Source: Opitutales bacterium (GTDB taxonomy: Bacteria; Verrucomicrobiota; Verrucomicrobiia; Opitutales; PNEW01). From it: a DNA stretch of 64,000 bases. Below the pieces are notes generated by a model. That model did no database searches. It worked only from the letters and a program-made list of their open reading frames with translations, and was not told where the DNA came from. The DNA is taken from assembly GCA_965197745.1 (NCBI GenBank), contig CBDANS010000007.1, positions 352,001 to 416,000 on the forward strand. The letters are read 5' to 3'. Below are positions 19,961-31,208 of the stretch, piece after piece; positions within the stretch are counted from its first letter, which is position 1; each line of letters starts with the position of its first letter. The translations under genes were made by a program, and so were the position numbers.

Positions 19961-20244
19961 TAACTATTTAAATAAAACGTATTGGAATTATATTTGAATT
20001 CGAATTACGCTTTTTTGGTCTTTAATCTTTAGCGTGAACGGGCAATATTGATAATGGTGTTGGATAATACAAACAAAATGTGTAAATTGATGAATCCGTA
20101 ATCGTGAGGGGAGTCAATCAGATAGTCAGGCATTATCATATCTAATTATTGCCTAAAGAGCAGCTCTTTCACATATTGTGACTGTAGGGGTCCATGCGTG
20201 GGACTCAATTAAATGACCAATAATATTTATAATCAGGACCTTAA

Positions 20245-20679
20245 GTGAATGGATCTATATATTCAGTAAAAGCGGTTAAATTTGGACTCTACGGATTATT
20301 TGTGACGGTATTATGCACAGTCACCCTTATGGTTTATGCCGCTCACCCCTGGGGTGACAATTACGCTTACCAGACGCTGACCGATTACATATTTCTTACG
20401 GCCTTTGCTTTTTGGGCGGTTATACCTTATCTCGCTCTCATGTTGCTCATTCAAATCTTTCACCGTCATAAAATATCCATCTACGTCACTCTGATAGGTG
20501 CGGGTATCATATGCCTGGCGAGTGTCGGTCTTCTCATCGATATGGTATTTATTCACGTCGATGCGCAAGGTTCACTTCTCTTTCTCTTCTTACCGGTTTA
20601 CCAGTGGGTGGCTATTTTTATTTTAGGTGTAATTTGTGTTATCGTCAATTACACCCTGGAAAAAACAGAGGAAAAATGA
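20245..20679 (+). CDS. Four-helix integral membrane protein, unknown function
   Basis: Four hydrophobic segments; DAQGSLLFLFLPVYQW motif. Confidence 0.7.
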   Translation: MNGSIYSVKAVKFGLYGLFVTVLCTVTLMVYAAHPWGDNYAYQTLTDYIFLTAFAFWAVIPYLALMLLIQIFHRHKISIYVTLIGAGIICLASVGLLIDMVFIHVDAQGSLLFLFLPVYQWVAIFILGVICVIVNYTLEKTEEK

Positions 20680-20709
20680 ACCTCCCATTAACATTCTTAT
20701 AATATAAAC

Positions 20710-21734
20710 ATGGCCATAAAGAAAAGTTGTGAAATTCACTTGAAACAATATCCGGAGGGTATGCCGACTTCAGATATTTTTAAAGGGTGGAGGTTAATCT
20801 TCCTGAATTAAAAAAGGGTGAAATTCTCATTAATAATCTATGGATGTCGGTGGATCCCTATATGCGTGGGCGTATGAGGGATGTGAAAAGCTACGCGGAG
20901 CCGTTTAAAATCGGCGAAGCATTAAATGGAGGGGCCGTTGGCCAGGTGATTGAGTCCTTACATCAGGATTACAAACCCGGCTTCTTTGTAAAAAGCATGC
21001 AGGGTTGGAGAGATATTTTTATCTCCGACGGTGAGGGGTTGGAAATAATCGATCCCGAACGCGCACCGCTCCAGACCTATTTGGGCATTATGGGAATGCC
21101 GGGTTTGACCGCCTATGTCGGCCTGATGATAATAGGAGAAATCAAACCTGAAGATACGGTGTTTGTTTCGGCGGCATCAGGGGCGGTTGGTTCTCTCGTG
21201 TGCCAGATTGCGAAATTGAAAGGTTGTCGCGTGGCAGGGAGTGCCGGGTCAGATGAAAAAGTCAGCTGGTTGATTGATGAAGCTAAAATTGACGCGGCCA
21301 TCAACTACAAAACGGCCGTCGACCTGGAATCTGAAATCGCGAGTGCATGCCCTGAGGGGATTGACCTTTACTTTGACAATGTTGGGGACAAACACCTGGA
21401 AGCTGCGCTAAACCTGATGAATCAATTCGGTCGTATCGTTATATGCGGAGCGATTGCGACTTATAATGATACGGAACCTAAACCAGGCCCCCCCAACCTT
21501 CGCCAGGTATTAGTGAAAAGACTTAAAGTGCAGGGCTTTATCGTAACCGATAACAAGGAATTATATCCGGTGTTTTTAGAGCAAATGTCGAATTGGATTG
21601 CCGAGGGAAAAATTAAATGGCGTGAAACAATCGTTGAGGGTTTAGATAAAGCACCGGATGCATTCATGGGTCTATTTAAAGGAGAAAATACCGGTAAGAT
21701 GTTGGTAAAACTGAGCGATCCGGATACGTTTTAA
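20710..21734 (+). CDS. NADP-dependent alkenal/prostaglandin reductase-like oxidoreductase (CurA/PTGR family); apparent 1-bp frameshift at ~20782-20787
   Basis: MAIKKSCEIHLKQYPEGMPTSDIFK (from ATG 20710) continues in the -1 frame as VEVNLP...SVDPYMRGRM, GMPGLTAY, VSAASGAVGS, FDNVG, GENTGK. Confidence 0.88.
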
Positions 21735-21866
21735 CATTATTTATATTACTGCCTCAGCTTTAACATAGATTGACACCCTGGGACTCTGTCTTTTTTGTTA
21801 AACCTGTAATGCTTAGAAGGGGAGAGATTATTATGTTCTGCGTATTTCAGGGTAACCAGTAGTGTT

Positions 21867-22235
21867 ATGAAAAGAATACTTGTAGTGGATGATGACCCTG
21901 GCATGCGGGAAATGGTAAAGCTGCTTTTAAATGATGAAGGGTATCATGTGTTTGAAGCTGCAAACGGAAAGCATGCCATGGAATGTCTGAAAAACGAATC
22001 ACCTGATCTTGTGATTACTGACATCATCATGGAGGAAATGGATGGAGTGGAAATTATTATGGAAATTCGGGAAAATTATCCTGATATAAAAATTATAGCG
22101 ATGAGCGGTGGCAGTAAAATATCTGCCGCCCACTACTTGGAATCAGCATCAGATCTGGGTGCAGATTACGCTTTTACAAAGCCCTTTGCGCTCCCCGATA
22201 TGTTGAAAGCGATTAAAGAACTGATAGAAGAATAA
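21867..22235 (+). CDS. Single-domain CheY-like response regulator
   Basis: ILVVDDD, LVITDIIM, AMSGG, KPF. Confidence 0.92.
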   Translation: MKRILVVDDDPGMREMVKLLLNDEGYHVFEAANGKHAMECLKNESPDLVITDIIMEEMDGVEIIMEIRENYPDIKIIAMSGGSKISAAHYLESASDLGADYAFTKPFALPDMLKAIKELIEE

Positions 22236-22271
22236 AATTTATTCTTCAACTCTCAGCTTTCTTTGGTAATT

Positions 22272-22407
22272 GTGTTAGGTGTTAAGTTTTAAGTGTTAGG
22301 TAAAAGAGAATTAAATTTTAATGCCTAGGGTCAATTGTTGAAATTTTACCTTTTGACTTAAGTTTACCGACTATTTCCCTTAACACCTAAAACTTAACAC
22401 TTAACAC
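22272..22407. repeat. Inverted pair of heptamer tandem repeats
   Basis: gtgttaggtgttaagttttaagtgtta (22272-22298) versus taacacctaaaacttaacacttaacac (22381-22407); 25 of 27 positions are complementary. Confidence 0.8.
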
Positions 22408-22444
22408 TGCTATTATAACTTTTAAGTTTCGATCACTGCTAATC

Positions 22445-23494
22445 ATGCCATTAAAAGTAGAGCTTAATGAAACGGATCGTCGGATATGGGAAGAACTCGA
22501 TGCATTCGTCCCACCGGAAATAATTGACGTTCACACCCATCTCTATCTTTGGAATTTCAATAGTGATCCAAAGAAGGATGATGTACCGGAAGCGGGTAAT
22601 ACATGGCCGGCGAAACCGTTCCGTGAAGATTTTCCCATCGCCGGTTGGCGAGAGAGTGATAAGTTTGACCAGCTTCTTATGCCCGGTCGAAAAGTTCACC
22701 GTCTATCTTTTGGCATGCCTTTCCCGATGGTGGATTTCGAAGCATCCAATAAATTTACGGCCGAGGAAACAGCCAATGATCCCGATTCTCGTGCTTTAAT
22801 GTTGGTGGATCCAAAAATGAACGCCGACTACCTGGAAGCGCAGGTGCAAAAATACGGGTTTATCGGTTTTAAACCTTACCGTCTCTACTCGATTACTGGA
22901 GATGTCGACAATTGCAGAATTACTGACTTTATTTCCGAACATCAGGTTGAGGTCGCCCACCGGCTTGGGCTCATAATCATGATGCACGTTTCTAAACGCG
23001 ACGCGATCGCCGATCAGGATAATATCGATGACTTGCAGCGACTATCTGAAAAGTACCCAAACGTAAAATGGATACTCGCGCATTGCGGTCGCAGTTATTC
23101 CTCATGGGCTATAGAAAAAGGCGGTAAATTTATGAGGGACTTACCCAATGTATGGTTCGACACCTCGGCGGTAACCGAGACCGATGCCATCGATGCCCTC
23201 TTATCTACAGTCGGAATCGATCGGGTTATGTACGGGAGTGACGATATTCCTTTTGGCATCATGCGGGGAAAATTAATTGCCTTTGGCTATTCATGGGCGC
23301 TTCTTACTGATGATAATCACTCATTTAATCTCAACCATTGCGATGGACGACTGACTTTCATTCGTTACGAAGAACTGCGTGCCATACAAAGGGCCCTTAT
23401 AAAATACGGTCTGACCGATAAAATTTGCCAGGACCTTTTTTATAACACCGCAAAAAACTTAATCGGTTCCGTCGGTTCTCAGGTTTCGGGGTAA
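22445..23494 (+). CDS. Amidohydrolase_2 family protein
   Basis: IIDVHTH, IMMHV, WILAHCGR, WFDTS, VMYGSD. Confidence 0.88.
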   Translation: MPLKVELNETDRRIWEELDAFVPPEIIDVHTHLYLWNFNSDPKKDDVPEAGNTWPAKPFREDFPIAGWRESDKFDQLLMPGRKVHRLSFGMPFPMVDFEASNKFTAEETANDPDSRALMLVDPKMNADYLEAQVQKYGFIGFKPYRLYSITGDVDNCRITDFISEHQVEVAHRLGLIIMMHVSKRDAIADQDNIDDLQRLSEKYPNVKWILAHCGRSYSSWAIEKGGKFMRDLPNVWFDTSAVTETDAIDALLSTVGIDRVMYGSDDIPFGIMRGKLIAFGYSWALLTDDNHSFNLNHCDGRLTFIRYEELRAIQRALIKYGLTDKICQDLFYNTAKNLIGSVGSQVSG

Positions 23495-23729
23495 GCGTAT
23501 ACGCACCAGTATTAGGACTAAGGAAACGAAAATATAGCCACTACCGAACGTAGCGAGATCTTCCAAAGGCACAAAAAGGACAAGATTATATTCATGCAAA
23601 TCGGATGCCTGATCCCACAACCGCTGGACTCGTTAGTGGCTATTCAATCTTCTCCTCATATTGTATCCGTATTTATCCGTGCCATCCGCGGTCAATCTAT
23701 CCTGACAATCGACAATCGTAAATTGAGTA

Positions 23730-25025
23730 CTAGTTCTCAAACCATTCAAGGGGGATGATGAGAAGTTTATGATCGGAGAGAGTGAGATGGGGATAGTCCC
23801 CGATCTGCCACTCACGATAAGAGAGATAAACATCTCGATTGTAAATACGCGCAGATACATAATCGTAGGTTCGACCGAGCATAGGTTGAATGATCTTTCG
23901 AAACTTAAAAGACTTTCCTGCGTCCTTACTTACGGCAAAAGCTAAAGGAGTCCGGTCACAGTTGCGGTCTCTTTCACCTACCGGGTTGTTGTTATAGATG
24001 ACCGCTATATGGCCTGAATCTGGCAGGCGGAACAGGGTTTGGGGAGAAACAGGGGTTTGTAATTCCTTGATCGGAACGGGTTGACTCCAGGTCTTACCGC
24101 CATCTGAGGAAATACTCTTAAAGGGATTACCGAGTTTAGTGCGCATGATCATAAACACCCTGCCTTCCTTAAGCTCAATTAACCCGGGTTCTTGCAGCGT
24201 TAATTTTTTGTATTCCTTATCGGGAAAATCTTTTTGAAGCAAGGTGCAGTATTCACCCTGTTCCCAACTTTTTCCTTCATCGTCGGAGTAATAAGTGAGA
24301 CAGGATTGTTTCATCCACCTGAATTCCTGGCCGGGGTCGAGAGAGACCGCTGCCGGCACCAGAATTCTACCGGTTGAGAGCTGGAGGACGCGGGCATTAT
24401 TGACAACATAAAAATGGTCCCGATCTGATATTCGTTCGGCTTTAGTGAATATTTTTCCATCACTTGTAAAGCGGACATAAATGGAACAGCGCATCTTACG
24501 GTAGTCATCATCGCTATCTCGCTCTACCTCTTCCTTGCCGAGGTAAACTAACATTACTTTGTCGCTGGACTGCAACCGTAGCAAACTGGCGTCCATCAGA
24601 TTTGAATTCTTTCTGTGTTCTTTTTCGGAGAGGGTCGCAAATGGTTCAATCCCTCCCCAGCTCATACCGAAATTGTAACTGCGTCGTCCGATAATAATCG
24701 ATTCGGAAAGGTCACTGCGATTACTGTGGCGCGTCCACACTGCCAGTAGACTACCATCGGCAAGTTGCGCGATATCGCCCTCGGAATGCCTTTGGTAAAT
24801 CTCATCCGATCTCCCGAGAACAATTTCTCTACCCGGTGCGGCAGGATCACCTTCGTCAAAGCGTTCTCTTACGTGTATGAGATCAGAATTGCTGATCGGT
24901 TCCGACTTTTCCATTTCTTTCCTATTTTTGGACTCGGTTATGCCACTTCCCCTTGTTGTAATAAAAGTGTAGAATACTACAATTATTATTAACGCGTTTC
25001 GAAATATCGGTTTTTCTTGATTCAT
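23730..25025 (-). CDS. BNR/Asp-box beta-propeller (sialidase-like) protein, membrane-anchored or secreted
   Basis: Asp boxes SYNFGMSW, SDDEGKSW, SSDGGKTW, SKDAGKSF; QEPGLIEL..G; RTPL. Confidence 0.85.
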   Translation of the reverse strand: MNQEKPIFRNALIIIVVFYTFITTRGSGITESKNRKEMEKSEPISNSDLIHVRERFDEGDPAAPGREIVLGRSDEIYQRHSEGDIAQLADGSLLAVWTRHSNRSDLSESIIIGRRSYNFGMSWGGIEPFATLSEKEHRKNSNLMDASLLRLQSSDKVMLVYLGKEEVERDSDDDYRKMRCSIYVRFTSDGKIFTKAERISDRDHFYVVNNARVLQLSTGRILVPAAVSLDPGQEFRWMKQSCLTYYSDDEGKSWEQGEYCTLLQKDFPDKEYKKLTLQEPGLIELKEGRVFMIMRTKLGNPFKSISSDGGKTWSQPVPIKELQTPVSPQTLFRLPDSGHIAVIYNNNPVGERDRNCDRTPLAFAVSKDAGKSFKFRKIIQPMLGRTYDYVSARIYNRDVYLSYREWQIGDYPHLTLSDHKLLIIPLEWFEN

Positions 25026-25110
25026 TGTAAATACATTTCAATAAACATTTCATTGAAGATTACTGTCAATAAAACCAAATATACTTTTACTCTTATCCCC
25101 TTGCTTCCCA

Positions 25111-27690
25111 TCAATCTTTTTTAGGGTGCATTGTATAAAGCGTGAGCCCCTCGAGTGACCTCTTACGCTCCGGAATAATCAGACTGGCAAAATACCCAAC
25201 TATGAAACAGACGGTGAAACCGATCGCAGAGTAGAGAAAGAAGTGTATCGGTGTATCATATTTTACGGAATAAAGTATAACCGCACTGGCGATCGCGCCA
25301 ACTATAGCGCCCATACCATTCGCACGTCGTGTAAAAATACCCAGGGCAAACAGTCCACCCAACCCGCTGATAAACAAACCGGCGATATAGGCAGCAAACA
25401 ATGCGGCGTTATGAATGTCAAAAGTTACCAATAGGAGAGTGATAGCGGTGGCAAAGAGACCAACGACCAAGGTAACTGAGCGAGCGAGAAATAAATAGAG
25501 GCGATCGGGTTTGTCAGGTTTGAAGCGTCGGTAAAAATCGGTGACAAAAACTGTGGCCACCGAATTCATTCCGCTGTCCAGGCTAGACATCGCAGCAGAA
25601 ATGATGGCGGCAATGACAAAACCAGCAAGCCCGTAGGGAAGATTTTGTGCGATGAAGAGAGGAAAAATCGCGTCATTCTGCATTCCCATGCTGACTGAGG
25701 CTGGATGCGTTTTATAATAGGCGTAAAGGGCGGAACCCATACCATAAAATAAAAAACCGATGGGAATACCAATTATAGCATTTAACCATATCCCTTTCGC
25801 GGCCGCTTTTTCATCCTTGGTTGTAAGATACCTTTGGATCGTGGTTTGTTCGGTGGCTGGACCTATAAAGGAACCAAAAGCACTATTAATTAATATTACC
25901 CATAGAACGGGCGCAGTAAAGTCCCACTCCAGATACAACATGCGGTATTTATCATCTGCCATTCCAATATCGAACATTCCCTTATAACCATTATCGATAT
26001 GAAAAGGAATAACGATGAGGGCAATTATGATGCCGACAAAAAATATGATAACCTGTAAAACGTCCGACCATACGACCGCTTCGATACCACCCAGCACGGT
26101 GTAAAAGGTGCTGATCAGTCCCATAAAGAGAATGCATAAGTATATATTAATCCCCGCGATGGTGGAGAGAACGACTGCTGGTAGATAAAGAATAATGCTG
26201 ATCCTGATTAATTGAAAAATTATGAATTGAACACTCCCGTATAAGCGAACAGGTAGATTAAATCGTTTTTCCAGGTATTCATAAGCGGTGGTAACATTAA
26301 GCCTTCGGTAAAACGGCAGGTAAAAATAGATAACAATTATAGGTGCAATGATTAACCCAATCCTTCCGGGAAATAGAAACCAGTCCGATGTGTAAGCCAA
26401 TGCGGGATAGGAAATATAAGTTAAGGCGCTGAGTCCGGTTCCCAGAATACTGAGCCCTGCTGCCCACCAGGGTACGCGATGACTGGCGAGAAAATAATCT
26501 TTTGTCCCTTTCTCCCGCTTGGAAAAATAAAAACCCATGTAGACAAGCGCCACCATGTAGATAATAAGAAAAGCGTAATTTATAGTTCCAAAGGAAGCGT
26601 TCGCTCCCGCGTCGTGAATCATTAGTTGCATCTTAGGCGTCGTTACACCCGGGTAAATTTCTCCACTCGTCAGGACGATCCCTTCATCCCAGGATACCGC
26701 TTCAGAAAAGACTACACCTAACGGTATTTCATCTTTTAGTAGCCAGGTATCCGTTACCGTATGATAGACGAGAAGATCGCGTGAATAATTGGTATGATCA
26801 TCTCTGAAATTCTCATCTGTGTGTTTCTGGGTATTACCCCCAAAAATAAGAATATGCGATTGCCCATAGGCAATACCAGGAGCTGCGGTTACCGGGTGAG
26901 GGGTGTCAGCGATCGGTTCCCAACGCTTATAACGAAGAGAATAGCGGTAGCCGTCAGTCAATTGCCTGGTTTTAATCTCTCGATTCTCGTTCCAGACCAA
27001 TTCTTCGCCGCCAATAATGTATACATATCTTCTATTTCCGATAGTCTGACCTACGACGATGGCCATTCTCCGGGCCGGGCCATCCCAGGTTTCTAAAGGT
27101 TTCCACCCCGCTTCCAATTTATTAAGGTCAAGTGACCAGAAAATTTTCTTCAGGCTGGAGACATCGCGGTCTAACCGGCTACCCGCAATGTAAATAACAT
27201 CATCAATTTCAACAGCGCTGAAAAAAGAGAGGGGTTGTGGTAGAGGTGGCAGGGATACGTGATCTATTTTTCGAGAACTTGCATTCCACCTCAATTGCGT
27301 CACCCGGTTTTGATAGCCCGCAGCGTTGTTTCCTCCAATCAAGATCAAACTATCATCATGACTTACGGATGCACCGAAGGCGATCGGTTCATTCAGTTTG
27401 TATCCTGTCAGCCACGTTTTCTCTTTTGTATTCGTAAGAATATAGATGTCATCATGCCAGACTCTGCTTCCCCCCTTCTTATCCATGACATCGGGTATAT
27501 TAGATCCCCCGGCAACGATTAACACTCCGTTGCTGACACCGGAAAAGGCTCCTCCCACCCCAAGGGCATTGGGGAAATCAGGAAGTTCTATCCAATTGAT
27601 GACTTCTGTCGCTGCTCTTGCGGTTTCACTGCGCCCTGTATTGTAAAAAACAGAAGATATACATAATAAAATAGTACAGGCACGCTTCAT
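25111..27690 (-). CDS. Kelch/NanM-like mutarotase propeller fused to a sodium:solute symporter (SSS/SiaT-like)
   Basis: Signal peptide and Kelch repeats (LIVAGGSN, LILIGG, YIIGG), then SSS motifs: DYFLA.HRVPWWAAGLS, TAYEYLEKRF, YT.LGGIEAVVWSD, Q..IQRYL, AAMSSLDSGMNS. Confidence 0.92.
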   Translation of the reverse strand: MKRACTILLCISSVFYNTGRSETARAATEVINWIELPDFPNALGVGGAFSGVSNGVLIVAGGSNIPDVMDKKGGSRVWHDDIYILTNTKEKTWLTGYKLNEPIAFGASVSHDDSLILIGGNNAAGYQNRVTQLRWNASSRKIDHVSLPPLPQPLSFFSAVEIDDVIYIAGSRLDRDVSSLKKIFWSLDLNKLEAGWKPLETWDGPARRMAIVVGQTIGNRRYVYIIGGEELVWNENREIKTRQLTDGYRYSLRYKRWEPIADTPHPVTAAPGIAYGQSHILIFGGNTQKHTDENFRDDHTNYSRDLLVYHTVTDTWLLKDEIPLGVVFSEAVSWDEGIVLTSGEIYPGVTTPKMQLMIHDAGANASFGTINYAFLIIYMVALVYMGFYFSKREKGTKDYFLASHRVPWWAAGLSILGTGLSALTYISYPALAYTSDWFLFPGRIGLIIAPIIVIYFYLPFYRRLNVTTAYEYLEKRFNLPVRLYGSVQFIIFQLIRISIILYLPAVVLSTIAGINIYLCILFMGLISTFYTVLGGIEAVVWSDVLQVIIFFVGIIIALIVIPFHIDNGYKGMFDIGMADDKYRMLYLEWDFTAPVLWVILINSAFGSFIGPATEQTTIQRYLTTKDEKAAAKGIWLNAIIGIPIGFLFYGMGSALYAYYKTHPASVSMGMQNDAIFPLFIAQNLPYGLAGFVIAAIISAAMSSLDSGMNSVATVFVTDFYRRFKPDKPDRLYLFLARSVTLVVGLFATAITLLLVTFDIHNAALFAAYIAGLFISGLGGLFALGIFTRRANGMGAIVGAIASAVILYSVKYDTPIHFFLYSAIGFTVCFIVGYFASLIIPERKRSLEGLTLYTMHPKKD

Positions 27691-27701
27691 TAATCAGGAT
27701 A

Positions 27702-27732
27702 ATGATGCGAATCGAGCATGTAGCTGTCCAGT
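27702..27732 (-). promoter_or_regulatory. Putative promoter (TGGACA-N17-CATCAT), conserved with the paralogue
   Basis: The 11-mer AGCTGTCCAGT occurs at the same distance upstream of both Kelch-SSS genes. Confidence 0.5.
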
Positions 27733-27817
27733 TATCTTTAAGATACCTGGAACGGGCGACACCGACTCTATCTTATTGAGTAATGAACGATGGGTTTCAT
27801 TACTCAATAGCTGAAAT

Positions 27818-28483
27818 TTATCTATTCAGTCTTTTCTTGGTTTTGTGCTTTTCCAACCAACGGGCAACGGTGCGTTCGGCGTCTTTGACTTGTACCTCAG
27901 TCATTTCTTGTTTCAGAGTGAATAAATTAGCATCGGTGTTATATTCTCTCCCAGAGGCTGCGATGCTATACCACGTGTAGGCCCGAACATAGTTTTTTGG
28001 CACCCCTTTGCCTAAGGCATACATTTCTCCTAAATTGTATTGAGCACTGGAATTATTCTGATCCGCGGCCTTGCGGTACCATTTAAAGGCTTCTTCATAA
28101 TCCTGCTCTACCCCAAGACCCCATGCATACATATCACCCAGGTTGTTCTGGGATTGTGCTATTCCCTGACCGGCAGCTTTGCGATACCATTTGATAGCCT
28201 TACTGTAGTTTATACGGACTCCCTGACCCTTTTCATACATCAAACCCAGGTTGCTTTGGGCGGGCGGATATCCTTGCACCGCAGACTTGCGAACCCAATG
28301 AAATGCCATGGCGTAATCTTGTGTAAGATAATGGCCAAAGTAATAAAGCTCACCTAAATTGTTTTGGGCGCGGGCGTCTCCACTTTCCGCTTTCGTTCTC
28401 AATGAGAATATCTCACCGCTTTCATCCCCTAATCCAAGGGTCGGTATAAGACTGACAGCGATGAACAGAACCGCAAATTTCAT
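27818..28483 (-). CDS. Secreted Sel1-like repeat protein
   Basis: Repeats of AQ.NLG.MY..G.GV..DY..A..WYRKAA.Q after a signal peptide. Confidence 0.93.
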   Translation of the reverse strand: MKFAVLFIAVSLIPTLGLGDESGEIFSLRTKAESGDARAQNNLGELYYFGHYLTQDYAMAFHWVRKSAVQGYPPAQSNLGLMYEKGQGVRINYSKAIKWYRKAAGQGIAQSQNNLGDMYAWGLGVEQDYEEAFKWYRKAADQNNSSAQYNLGEMYALGKGVPKNYVRAYTWYSIAASGREYNTDANLFTLKQEMTEVQVKDAERTVARWLEKHKTKKRLNR

Positions 28484-28706
28484 GATAGCAATAAATAATG
28501 TTTTTCCTTACATGGCAACCGCGAGTGGCGCAATCACAAGGATATAAGGTTACATAATTCAGAGAGCTCGTTGCTCAGAGAGAACTCCTTCAGGTAACTT
28601 CTGTTCTACAGCGTAAACTGAGAATTTTCTTAGGCTGAGTTTATAAATAATCGCTAAAAGCTCAGACTCTTAATCGCGTGTCGATTTGAATGCAACGAGT
28701 GTGAAA

Positions 28707-29117
28707 TTATCCGGACATTGTTTCTTTTTCGGATTTCTCCTTTGCCTTGGATTTTTTCTCGGTAGCTTTAAAACCTGTTTTATTAATTACCTTTAAGATC
28801 TTTTTTTCATTTAATTTCGCAGGATCGTAGACAACTTTCCCGCCTTTACCTTCATGGGAAATATTCGTTTTTATAACACCATCGAGTTTATCCAGTGAAG
28901 CGAGGACACTATTCGAACAACTGGTGCAAACCATGCCCGATATAGCGAGATCCATCGTTTTATAATTTTTCTTAGCAGCCTGAGATCCCGGTTGCCCCAT
29001 CTCGCTTACTGATGATTGATCCGGCGCCTCACTGGTGCCTGATCCCCACGTCTGTACCGGTGCCATTATCAGCATGCTGGCAATCCCTATACCTGTAAAT
29101 ATATTGGTTAATTTCAT
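28707..29117 (-). CDS. Periplasmic heavy-metal-associated (HMA, MerP/CopZ-like) protein
   Basis: Signal peptide from MKLTNIF; ISGMVCTSC...LDGV...I.KTGF. Confidence 0.85.
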   Translation of the reverse strand: MKLTNIFTGIGIASMLIMAPVQTWGSGTSEAPDQSSVSEMGQPGSQAAKKNYKTMDLAISGMVCTSCSNSVLASLDKLDGVIKTNISHEGKGGKVVYDPAKLNEKKILKVINKTGFKATEKKSKAKEKSEKETMSG

Positions 29118-29249
29118 AATAATTATCCTTAATCTAATTGTATAATTCAGCGCAACAAATAAATAGGCAGAAGTCCCTTGTAAATGGTACAAAGACAGAA
29201 TATTTCTCTTTAATTGAGTGATGGAGAGTGCTTTTAACTGACACCGCAA

Positions 29250-30143
29250 ATGAATGAAGAGGAAATTATATCGCTCTATCAGAATGACGGCTACGTTGTA
29301 TTAAGGGATTTGATTGCCGATTTGGATCTCGATCCAATGCGCGATTATTTATCCGGAAAAGTGAACGAATTTGCCCGCGAACTCTTGAATCAAGGTAAAG
29401 TAAAGACACTTCACGATAGTGAATCTTTTGAACGTCGCCTGGCAGCTCTCAACGAGGAGGCCGCCTTTCCCCCTTGGAATATTTCCCTCAAGTGTTTTGG
29501 CCGTGAATTTTATGACCTTTATAATCATCCCAAAATATTAAGTGTCCTGAGGCAGCTCTTAGGCTTGGAAGTGACCAATCACGGGATTCCGGCACTACGG
29601 ACCAAATTACCTGGTGATCTTAAAACTACCTTCCCCTGGCACCAGGACAGCCTCTATTACAATGAGCCTGTGCGTGGGAAATGGAAGAGTAAGACCGAGC
29701 ACTTGCACGTTGTCACGGTTTGGGTTCCTCTCGTGAATGCGACCATTGAAAATGGCTGCTTGTGGATTATTCCCGGCAGCCACCGGTGGGGATTGCTCAA
29801 AGGCGCTCGATCTGCAGATAATATCGTGCGTATGGAGGATGATGTCGAATCGCGCAGTGAGCCGAAACCCCTGCCGATGAAAGTGGGTGATGTGCTTTTC
29901 CTGACAAATCTGACGATGCATACAAGTAAACTTAATAAAACCCAAAATTCGCGATGGAGTATTGATTTCCGATACCATGCCACGCCGAAAAAGGTTAGCA
30001 TGAAGCAATCGGAAAGCGATGCGGCCCAGTATTTGATTGAGAAAGCGCGATCCCATAAGCGGGAACCACTGATAGTGATTACCGAGGGTCACAAACCTGG
30101 GTGGGAAGAGTGGCTTAAAGCTAATGAGCAATTAAACAATTAG
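29250..30143 (+). CDS. PhyH-family Fe(II)/2-oxoglutarate dioxygenase
   Basis: YQNDGYVVLR, PWHQDS, NGCLWIIPGSH, GDVLF...TMHTS..N...RWSIDFRY. Confidence 0.92.
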   Translation: MNEEEIISLYQNDGYVVLRDLIADLDLDPMRDYLSGKVNEFARELLNQGKVKTLHDSESFERRLAALNEEAAFPPWNISLKCFGREFYDLYNHPKILSVLRQLLGLEVTNHGIPALRTKLPGDLKTTFPWHQDSLYYNEPVRGKWKSKTEHLHVVTVWVPLVNATIENGCLWIIPGSHRWGLLKGARSADNIVRMEDDVESRSEPKPLPMKVGDVLFLTNLTMHTSKLNKTQNSRWSIDFRYHATPKKVSMKQSESDAAQYLIEKARSHKREPLIVITEGHKPGWEEWLKANEQLNN

Positions 30144-30206
30144 CATTAGTGCGACTTGAGGTGTGCCAAGAGGGGATGAATGCTGCTCTTTTCCATCTTC
30201 AATTAT

Positions 30207-31208
30207 ATGAATACTATTAAAGTGGGGGTAATCGGAGTCGGTCAATTTGGTCGGGAACATATCCTCCATTATGCGTCAATGCCACAGATTGAGGTCGGTG
30301 GAGTGTTTGATGTCGATAAAGCACTGGCAGATACAATTGGCACCGAGTATAACACGAGATCTTATTCCAGCCTGGATGATCTTTATAATGATGAATCAAT
30401 TTCACTGGTCTCCGTCGTTACTCCCGAGGATGCGCACGCAGAACCCTTTGTCAAAGCGGTCGAAGCGGGGAAAGCGGTTTACGTGGAAAAACCATTGGCG
30501 ACAAATTTGACCGATGCCCGGACTATGGCGGAAGCGGCAGAGGGCGCTATTGCTACTTGCGGGTATCTACTTCGGTTCGAATCCCATTATGCTCAAATCA
30601 AACTTCAGATTGCTGAGTATGGTCGGTTGTGCCACATGTATTTTCGGCGACATTGTGATCAACAACTTCATCAGATTTATTCAAGAACCCATCCCGCTCA
30701 ATTAACAATGACACATGATATCAACATTACTCACTGGTACGCGGGGAGTTCATTCAAGCAAGTGATCGCTCGAGAGAGACACTTCAATGATAACAGGCAG
30801 CCCGACCAGATCACGGCAATGATTGAGTGTGAGAACGGTGTAACCGCTACCCTCGAGGCGGACTGGCTCGGTGCAGGTGACGCCGGTCTGCAGCATGATG
30901 ACACCTGTTCTCTTCTTCTCGAAAATGGTGAATTGAATCTTAATTTACCCGGTCAGGATTTCATTTTGAGATCGAATAAAGGAGTGCAGCATATCAACGC
31001 GCCATTTGATCTTGATCTTCACGGACAAAAGTACGGCCCATTAAGAGCGGCTCTCGATGACATCGTCAATTGCACGCTTAAACAGACAAAGCCAACAATC
31101 AACACCATTGAAGATGCCGTGGAAACGGTGGCCACCGTGGATGCGGTAATGCAATCTGCTCTGGAATCAAGACCGATAACAAGAAAGGAAATCTATGCCC
31201 ATCATTGA
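30207..31208 (+). CDS. Gfo/Idh/MocA family oxidoreductase
   Basis: VGVIGVGQFG, VVTP..AH, VEKPLA, HDI. Confidence 0.9.
   Translation: MNTIKVGVIGVGQFGREHILHYASMPQIEVGGVFDVDKALADTIGTEYNTRSYSSLDDLYNDESISLVSVVTPEDAHAEPFVKAVEAGKAVYVEKPLATNLTDARTMAEAAEGAIATCGYLLRFESHYAQIKLQIAEYGRLCHMYFRRHCDQQLHQIYSRTHPAQLTMTHDINITHWYAGSSFKQVIARERHFNDNRQPDQITAMIECENGVTATLEADWLGAGDAGLQHDDTCSLLLENGELNLNLPGQDFILRSNKGVQHINAPFDLDLHGQKYGPLRAALDDIVNCTLKQTKPTINTIEDAVETVATVDAVMQSALESRPITRKEIYAHH

Noticed and set aside
20776..20790. Programmed -1 frameshift in the PTGR-like gene
   Set aside because: The in-frame codons TTT AAA GGG do not form an X XXY YYZ heptamer; a sequencing error is more parsimonious.
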